Positions 1 through 4,018 of a stretch of 4,018 nt of DNA are shown here, in pieces (position 1 is the first letter of the stretch; each line of letters opens with the position of its first letter). The notes under the pieces were generated by a model. The model saw nothing but the letters and a program-made list of their open reading frames with translations, had not been told where the DNA came from and ran no database searches. The DNA is from a virus (lineage: Duplodnaviria > Heunggongvirae > Uroviricota > Caudoviricetes), in the IMG/VR virus record IMGVR_UViG_2534682108_000008, positions 1 to 4,018 of that record. One strand, written 5' to 3'. The position numbers and the translations under genes were made by a program.

Positions 1-33
1 ATTGGAGCACCTGTGTTGTTCTGAGGTGAGCAT
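1..33 (-). CDS. 5' end of the gene downstream of terL (possibly portal or head-morphogenesis protein); only 11 codons in window
   Basis: On the minus strand the terL stop TGA (47..45) is followed by ACAGAGGTGAT then ATG at 33..31. GAGGTG is a good Shine-Dalgarno, and the frame stays open to the window edge (MLTSEQHRCSN...). Position directly after terL suggests translational coupling. Product identity is inference from typical gene order only. Confidence 0.3.
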   Translation of the reverse strand, partial: MLTSEQHRCSN

Positions 34-44
34 ATCACCTCTGT

Positions 45-1613
45 TCAGGTGGCCAAATTCAGTGTGCCACTACATTCCGATAATGTGCCTGACCAGCGGA
101 TCCCTGATATTCCATTATTCAGGAGCGTTTTCATTCCTTCGGTCAGAACAGGTTTGCTCTGACGGGTTGTCAGCCAGCCAAGGCGGGGCGTATCGTCATC
201 ATATGCCTGATCAAGGTGCTGTTCGTTGTAGATATAACGCGTCGGATAGAGCTCCCTGAGTTTCAGAATAACGGCATGTCCGTGATTGTTACGCTCCGGC
301 CCCACAAACGCGTTGTTGTACATACGGCAGACCTGCGCAATGAGATGAGCAAAAAGCTCCGCATCAAGATGACCAAACCAGTGGGCCACCTGCTCACCAT
401 TACTGCATCTGATGATATCCAGCGATGAGCGGTCCCCGTGCTCAAGCCCCTCAGCAATATCCGCTCCGCAGACATACTCTTCATCTGGATCCGGTAGCTC
501 CCAGACCATCAGATAATTCATCAGCGTCCGGTGCTGTTCGGCTTTATTCCCGTCACGCAGAGACTGCGCTTTAGTCTTCCTTCCTGTAACAGGTTCAATG
601 TCATAAACAATCAGCGGTGGCGAACAGAATGATTCTGCCTGCAACGTACTTTCGGCACTGAACACACGTCGTCCGGACGTCAGAAACGCCTCCTGTGGCG
701 TTGAGGGAAACTCCTGCTTCATTTCCTCACGCTGTTCAGTTTCCTTATTGATGTACCACTGCTTCTGTTCATCAGTAAGCGTGATGTTCATTGCCTTCTC
801 AACCGCAGAAAAATACGTCATTTTTTCCCGTGACAGCTTCAGCCCGCTTTCCGGCACTCTGGCGCTGTATTTAGGATCCTGCCACCAGGCGTAAAAATGG
901 AATTTATAATCCTGTGCCGTCAACGATAAGCCTGATGCAGTGATCTCCTGTGCTCGGTTACTCATCTCGTAAAAATCACCACCCACGCCTTCAGCAGTGG
1001 ACTCATCAAAAATAATGCATTCATCAGAGACGGCATTAAGCGTACCGGTTCGCAGTTCTTTCGCCTTAGCCGGATATTTCGCGCAAATTTTGCCGTGCTC
1101 TGAGATATGCAGGCGCTGCACCGTACCTGAACGGAATGAGGTTGCCACCTGGATACTCGAGCCGTGACCAAACAGGATATAGCCACCGCTGGCACCGCTA
1201 CGACGTTCAACGATGGTGAATGAGGCTCTCAGCCAGTCAGGGAGATGATCAAACGGTACAGCAATTTTTGTGCGGAAAATTTCACTGGCAGCCTGTTTAT
1301 CCTGAGCGACGATCCCGCATTTGAGATGCGGAATGAATAATGCCTGGTCGAGAAGATAAATATCAATGGCTGTGGAAAATCCCAGCTGGCGCGCTTTCAG
1401 AATAATATTTTTATTGTGCATGCTCCGGAACAACTGGCGCTGCGCCGGTCGCATTCTGAAGGTGACCAGTTCACCTTTTTCGTTCTGTATTTTGTAGAGA
1501 TGATTGAGCCGCCACCAGGGATTGCTCAGTTTAGTCATGATGAACAGACGTTGTTCAGCCTCGGTCATTTCTGACGGCTCATCACATCGCGGTTCATTCT
1601 TCCGGAATGTCAT
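45..1613 (-). CDS. phage terminase large subunit (TerL), 522 aa, complete
   Basis: Longest ORF in the window. ATG at 1613..1611 with GGGGAGA Shine-Dalgarno 4 nt upstream on the minus strand. N-terminal ATPase-type motif KARQLGFST resembles the T4 gp17-type Walker A (SRQLGKT). C-terminal segment VCGADIAEGLEHGDRSSLDII has the acidic pattern typical of the RNase H-like terminase nuclease domain. Its start overlaps the upstream small-subunit gene by 20 nt, and it lies downstream of a lysis cassette. No homology search was run. Confidence 0.85.
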   Translation of the reverse strand: MTFRKNEPRCDEPSEMTEAEQRLFIMTKLSNPWWRLNHLYKIQNEKGELVTFRMRPAQRQLFRSMHNKNIILKARQLGFSTAIDIYLLDQALFIPHLKCGIVAQDKQAASEIFRTKIAVPFDHLPDWLRASFTIVERRSGASGGYILFGHGSSIQVATSFRSGTVQRLHISEHGKICAKYPAKAKELRTGTLNAVSDECIIFDESTAEGVGGDFYEMSNRAQEITASGLSLTAQDYKFHFYAWWQDPKYSARVPESGLKLSREKMTYFSAVEKAMNITLTDEQKQWYINKETEQREEMKQEFPSTPQEAFLTSGRRVFSAESTLQAESFCSPPLIVYDIEPVTGRKTKAQSLRDGNKAEQHRTLMNYLMVWELPDPDEEYVCGADIAEGLEHGDRSSLDIIRCSNGEQVAHWFGHLDAELFAHLIAQVCRMYNNAFVGPERNNHGHAVILKLRELYPTRYIYNEQHLDQAYDDDTPRLGWLTTRQSKPVLTEGMKTLLNNGISGIRWSGTLSECSGTLNLAT

Positions 1614-2409
1614 CCAGTCTCCCCGAATTACTCATTTCATGCAGCGATGACACGATGTCACTGACAGGCGTAACAACGCCCCGACGCTGGCTGGTCAGAA
1701 TATCGGTTTCAGCTCTGAGTTTATCTCTGGCTGCGTTGATTCTTTCCCGGTCAGCACGAAGTTTTGGTGCTGTCTCAGCCAGGACGTCCAGTGTCAGCAA
1801 AGAACGTTCAATTGATTCTATACGGGCAATATTCCGGTCAAGAGCCTGTTCGGCTTTAAGTATTTTGTCGTACAGAGCTACCCGTGTTTCCACGTCAGCC
1901 GCCTCTTTCAGGTCGGCGAACATCTTTTTCAATGTTCCTGTTACTGAAAGTGCGCGGGCACGGGTAAACACCAGTTCATCGGCAAGTTCCATTCCGACTG
2001 CATCATCTATGAGGTTATCTGCCTCGAGATACTTCGCGTATCCACGGTGTCTGACGGCGTGGGTGTTACGCTGAGAAAAAGCATTTGAAGGTGGCAAAAG
2101 TCTGGAACCACGAGTCCGTTTCGTTTCTGCCAAATTTGCGCATTTTTCATCACAACCATCATCGCCTGAAGGCTCGTCATGACTGGAGTTGCCGTCAGAT
2201 TTCTGCGCACTTTTTTGATCATCAATTTGCGCATTTTTCTGCGCACTTTTCTCTGTATTTCTGGGGGAGTGTTTGCGCAGTTTAATGTACCGCCGAGCCG
2301 TGTCATAACTGATATTGTTCTGACGGCACCAGTCCTGAAGTTTTATGCCGGTTCTGACATGTTCGCGTCGAAATGCCTGCTCCAGCTTTTTCCAGTCCAG
2401 CTTTGCCAT
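1594..2409 (-). CDS. phage terminase small subunit (TerS)-like DNA-binding protein, 271 aa
   Basis: ATG at 2409..2407 preceded by AAGGTGAC on the minus strand. N-terminus (KLDWKKLEQAFRREHVRTGIKLQDWCRQNNISYDTARRYIK) is basic and helix-turn-helix-like. A Q/K/D/E/S-rich low-complexity linker (SAQKNAQIDDQKSAQKSDGNSSHDEPSGDD) is followed by a helical C-terminal region with heptad character. Stop at 1596..1594 overlaps the terL start by 20 nt in a different frame, the classic terS-terL arrangement. Assignment rests mainly on position and architecture. Confidence 0.65.
   Translation of the reverse strand: MAKLDWKKLEQAFRREHVRTGIKLQDWCRQNNISYDTARRYIKLRKHSPRNTEKSAQKNAQIDDQKSAQKSDGNSSHDEPSGDDGCDEKCANLAETKRTRGSRLLPPSNAFSQRNTHAVRHRGYAKYLEADNLIDDAVGMELADELVFTRARALSVTGTLKKMFADLKEAADVETRVALYDKILKAEQALDRNIARIESIERSLLTLDVLAETAPKLRADRERINAARDKLRAETDILTSQRRGVVTPVSDIVSSLHEMSNSGRLDDIPEE
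2133..2283. repeat. cluster of five TTTGCGCAnTTTT-type repeats (palindromic TGCGCA core) inside terS
   Basis: TGCGCA cores at 2137, 2204, 2228, 2240 and 2274, each flanked by T-runs. A 16-bp exact direct repeat AATTTGCGCATTTTTC occurs at 2133..2148 and 2224..2239; a 15-bp exact repeat TTTCTGCGCACTTTT at 2200..2214 and 2236..2250. I found only one other TGCGCA in the window (334..339). Confidence 0.6.
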
Positions 2410-2847
2410 GTCACCTTCTGACGTTCTCTGTTAAAAACTGATGCACAATGACTGCTGTAAATTTTCAGATTTCACACAGCAGAGCCATGTCTGATTAATG
2501 TTTAACCTTATTTAGGTTATATCCGCTTCATTCCACTACAGCACCAGACAGGCGGCCTCGCGGATAAATGCTAAAGTCTCCTGATATAGAAACCCGTCGC
2601 CACATCGAGCGCTGATCAACATTTGTATATTCACTGCGACAGAAAGAATTTATTTTATTGAATAGTTAGAAATACAGAATTACATGCTTTATAAGCATTG
2701 ACGTACACTTCATTTTTAGCAATATATTCTGTTCTCATAGACGATCAGCCCTGCATGCACTGCCGGACACCGTCGGCAATTTTACAGACCTAAGAGGCAA
2801 TACCAAAAAGCTAACGCGCTTTATCAAGACTTGAGCAACCAACCAAT

Positions 2848-2876
2848 AAAAAAAGCACCAGTACCGCTACCAGTGC
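2848..2876 (-). terminator. rho-independent terminator-like hairpin, oriented for minus-strand transcripts
   Basis: Minus-strand RNA reads GCACUGGUA-GCGG-UACUGGUGC followed by UUUUUUU. That gives a 9-bp stem (7 Watson-Crick plus 2 G.U), a GCGG tetraloop and a 7-U tract. On the plus strand the same stem has a 2x2 C-A/A-C mismatch and no clean U-tract, so it is mainly a minus-strand element. Confidence 0.5.
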
Positions 2877-2943
2877 CCATTTCGTCGTTGTTCACAGCAT
2901 TCTGTGTACCCACTGTATTTCGCGTCATATCACCACGTCAGAC

Positions 2944-2980
2944 AATCCTTAAGGATTACATAAGATTTACGCATAATAAT
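2944..2980 (+). promoter_or_regulatory. candidate promoter/operator of the Ais-like gene: 14-bp perfect palindrome, PmrA-box-like direct repeat, and -10-like CATAAT
   Basis: AATCCTTAAGGATT (2944..2957) is a perfect palindrome. CTTAAG-gatta-CATAAG (2948..2964) matches the YTTAAK-N5-YTTAAK PmrA/BasR box pattern at 11 of 12 positions. CATAAT/TAATAAT at 2972..2980 is -10-like, about 35 nt upstream of the preferred ATG at 3012. Spacing between box and -10 (7 bp) is shorter than I would expect, so this is tentative. Confidence 0.35.
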
Positions 2981-3011
2981 GCCCATTTTCAACACAGACA
3001 AGGGAATTTAT

Positions 3012-3593
3012 ATGTTAAATCAAACGCTAACAAAATCTCTTCTTATATTTTTACTTGTCATAATCGTTTCTGTATCCATCATACACATTGTAAGAACTCC
3101 AGTCAGACTTGATGTGAATGATGTCACTGAGATTAACCAGAAACATCCCATTATTTTTCTCATCCGGCATGGGGAAAGATGCGATCGCTCCCAAAGAATA
3201 TGTCTTTCAGCACATGAGGGAATCACAGTAAACGGAGCTAACAAAGCTCAACAATATGGAGATAAATTCAGAAGAATGTTTCCATACTACAGTCTCTATT
3301 CTACAGACACACTCCGAACAATGCAGACAGCCACTTTTTTTTCGGGAGGTAAGACAGCAACTATTCCGGACATATCGACATGTGATGATAACGCAGTAAA
3401 TAACATCCTTAAAATATCAAAATCAGATCACGTTACTGTGATTTTCACACATAATCACTGTCTGTCCAGAATTGCAAAAAAAATGAATGGATGGAGATTT
3501 AAACCTGATTATATGGGCACACTGGTTCTGCATCGGGAAAATCACAATCTGATTCTCGACGGACATTTAAAACCAAACGAGCTTACCCAGTGA
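3012..3593 (+). CDS. Ais/PmrG-like periplasmic histidine phosphatase (LPS core heptose(II)-phosphate phosphatase family), 193 aa; phage moron candidate
   Basis: Preferred start is ATG 3012 with AAGGGA Shine-Dalgarno 6 nt upstream; the ORF-track start at 2979 has no SD. N-terminus MLNQTLTKSLLIFLLVIIVSVSIIHIV is a signal peptide or anchor. The motif FLIRHGERCDRS is the catalytic RHG signature of the histidine phosphatase superfamily. CLSxxxGITVxG and VIFTHNHCL...FKPDY align, from memory, with E. coli Ais (VLFRHAERCDRS...GITVKG...IVIFTHNHCL...FKPDY). The gene is on the opposite strand to all flanking phage genes and is AT-rich (roughly high-30s % GC by sample count, versus 50s % in terL). Confidence 0.75.
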   Translation: MLNQTLTKSLLIFLLVIIVSVSIIHIVRTPVRLDVNDVTEINQKHPIIFLIRHGERCDRSQRICLSAHEGITVNGANKAQQYGDKFRRMFPYYSLYSTDTLRTMQTATFFSGGKTATIPDISTCDDNAVNNILKISKSDHVTVIFTHNHCLSRIAKKMNGWRFKPDYMGTLVLHRENHNLILDGHLKPNELTQ

Positions 3594-3644
3594 TCCATTT
3601 GTTGATAATGCCCTGGCATTGATTCAGGTTGTATCTCTCCTCAT

Positions 3645-3670
3645 AAAAAAGGCCAGCGATTGAGCTGGCT
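3645..3670 (-). terminator. intrinsic terminator directly 3' of Rz (minus strand); possibly bidirectional, also closing the plus-strand Ais-like gene
   Basis: Inverted repeat GCCAGC (3652..3657) / GCTGGC (3664..3669) with a 6-nt loop. On the minus strand the stem is followed by UUUUUU (3650..3645) and starts 4 nt after the Rz stop (3676..3674). On the plus strand it is preceded by an A-tract and followed by a weak CUGUU tract, 58 nt after the Ais-like stop. Confidence 0.55.
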
Positions 3671-3673
3671 CTG

Positions 3674-4018
3674 TTAATCGAGGCATTGCATCCTGATGTA
3701 CTCCTGCAGGTAGTTAACCTGCGCGGTTATCTTGTCGATTCCACTTCGGAGACGGTAATAATTGAGTTCAGCATCTGCTGTAAGTCCTGGGCTTTCTCCA
3801 TCGCCCATGCTGCTGGCTCCGGTCGTTGACTTTGCACAGGTGGCGACGACTTGCAGGCGCTTACGCCCAGCAGAAACATCAGCACGGAGACTTTCGATAG
3901 TCGCATTAGCATCAGCAAGCTCCTTTGTGTATCTGGCGTCAAGTTCTGCTACATCACGCTGCCGCTTCTGCATATCAGCGATGATGGATGTAGCTCTATC
4001 GCGCTGCTCTTTGTAGGC
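3674..4018 (-). CDS. Rz: Rz i-spanin (inner-membrane spanin), C-terminal part; N-terminus beyond the right window edge
   Basis: The frame is open from the window edge. Translation AYKEQRDRATSIIADMQKRQRDVAELDARYTKELADANATIESLRADVSAGRKRLQVVATC... aligns closely with lambda Rz (ITDMQMRQRDVAALDAKYTKELADAKAENDALRDDVAAGRRRLHIKAVC). The ORF-track start at 3973 is an internal Met. A +1-frame lipoprotein gene is embedded in it. Confidence 0.85.
   Translation of the reverse strand, partial: AYKEQRDRATSIIADMQKRQRDVAELDARYTKELADANATIESLRADVSAGRKRLQVVATCAKSTTGASSMGDGESPGLTADAELNYYRLRSGIDKITAQVNYLQEYIRMQCLD
3727..3912 (-). CDS. Rz1: Rz1 o-spanin (outer-membrane lipoprotein spanin), embedded in Rz in a different frame, ~61 aa
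   Basis: First true ATG at 3912..3910 is preceded by AAGGAG Shine-Dalgarno with a 7-nt spacer; the ORF-track start at 3942 is a TTG. Product MLMRLSKVSVLMFLLGVSAC|KSSPPVQSQRPEPAAWAM... has a lipobox (VSAC) followed by a Pro-rich mature region, like lambda Rz1. It lies entirely within Rz. Confidence 0.75.
   Translation of the reverse strand: MLMRLSKVSVLMFLLGVSACKSSPPVQSQRPEPAAWAMEKAQDLQQMLNSIITVSEVESTR

Noticed and set aside
2-259. Plus-strand ORF (85 aa) at the left edge
   Set aside because: Antisense to the terL C-terminus and the downstream gene start; no Shine-Dalgarno or recognisable motif; read as a shadow ORF.
216-1210. Internal ORFs 216..428 (+), 263..484 (-) and 962..1210 (-)
   Set aside because: All lie within terL in other frames or antisense; short, no ribosome-binding sites, no recognisable domains.
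1607-2421. ORFs 1607..2074 (+), 2007..2306 (-), 2085..2285 (+) and 2179..2421 (+) overlapping terS
   Set aside because: Antisense or out-of-frame overlaps of terS. The 155-aa product is Ser/Ala/Arg-rich low complexity typical of the reverse strand of a real gene.
2604-2616. Possible IHF site (ATCAA...TT) in the gap, also checked near 2822..2834
   Set aside because: Neither matches the WATCAANNNNTTR consensus with correct spacing.
2824-2880. 18-codon minus-strand ORF MGTGSGTGAFFIGWLLKS (possible small hydrophobic peptide or toxin)
   Set aside because: It coincides exactly with the terminator hairpin and U-tract (Gly/Thr from the GC stem, Phe from the T-run) and has no Shine-Dalgarno.
2979-3011. 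Upstream ATG (2979) as start of the Ais-like gene, giving 204 aa
   Set aside because: No Shine-Dalgarno and it overlaps the -10-like element. ATG 3012 has a good AAGGGA SD and places the hydrophobic signal segment at the N-terminus as in Ais.
2831-3112. Plus-strand ORF (93 aa) starting at TTG 2831 and overlapping the Ais-like start
   Set aside because: TTG start without SD; runs across the terminator hairpin and promoter region and overlaps the Ais-like gene by 100 nt in another frame; no motif.
3020-3244. Minus-strand ORF (74 aa) inside the Ais-like gene
   Set aside because: Antisense shadow ORF within a well-supported coding region; no signals.
3762-4016. Plus-strand ORF (84 aa) overlapping Rz/Rz1
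   Set aside because: Antisense to the Rz/Rz1 pair; Ser/Ala-rich low-complexity product.
1-4018. CRISPR array, tRNA/rRNA gene, or insertion-sequence/transposase in the window
   Set aside because: No regularly spaced repeats of 25 to 40 bp, no tRNA-like cloverleaf region, and no transposase-like ORF or terminal inverted repeats were seen; the only repeat cluster is the TGCGCA array inside terS.

Overview
This window appears to be the lysis-to-packaging junction of a lambdoid-type prophage, with all phage genes on the minus strand. From right to left: the 3' part of an Rz i-spanin gene (N-terminus lies beyond the right edge) with an embedded Rz1 o-spanin gene; an intrinsic terminator directly after the Rz stop; a ~600-bp mostly non-coding gap; a small terminase subunit (271 aa) overlapping by 20 nt a large terminase subunit (522 aa); and the first 11 codons of the next gene at the left edge. 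Between the spanins and the terminase, on the opposite (+) strand, sits an AT-rich gene for a signal-peptide-bearing histidine phosphatase that I recognise as Ais/PmrG-like (LPS core heptose(II)-phosphate phosphatase family). Its position, orientation and composition match a phage moron (the slot lambda uses for bor), making it a candidate lysogenic-conversion gene that would remodel host LPS. It is preceded by a PmrA-box-like direct repeat overlapping a perfect 14-bp palindrome. A second notable signal is a cluster of five TGCGCA-core repeats inside the small terminase gene, read in different frames, which is a candidate pac-type packaging site. No rRNA, tRNA, CRISPR array or transposase was seen. 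All protein assignments come from motif recognition and synteny by eye; no database search was possible.
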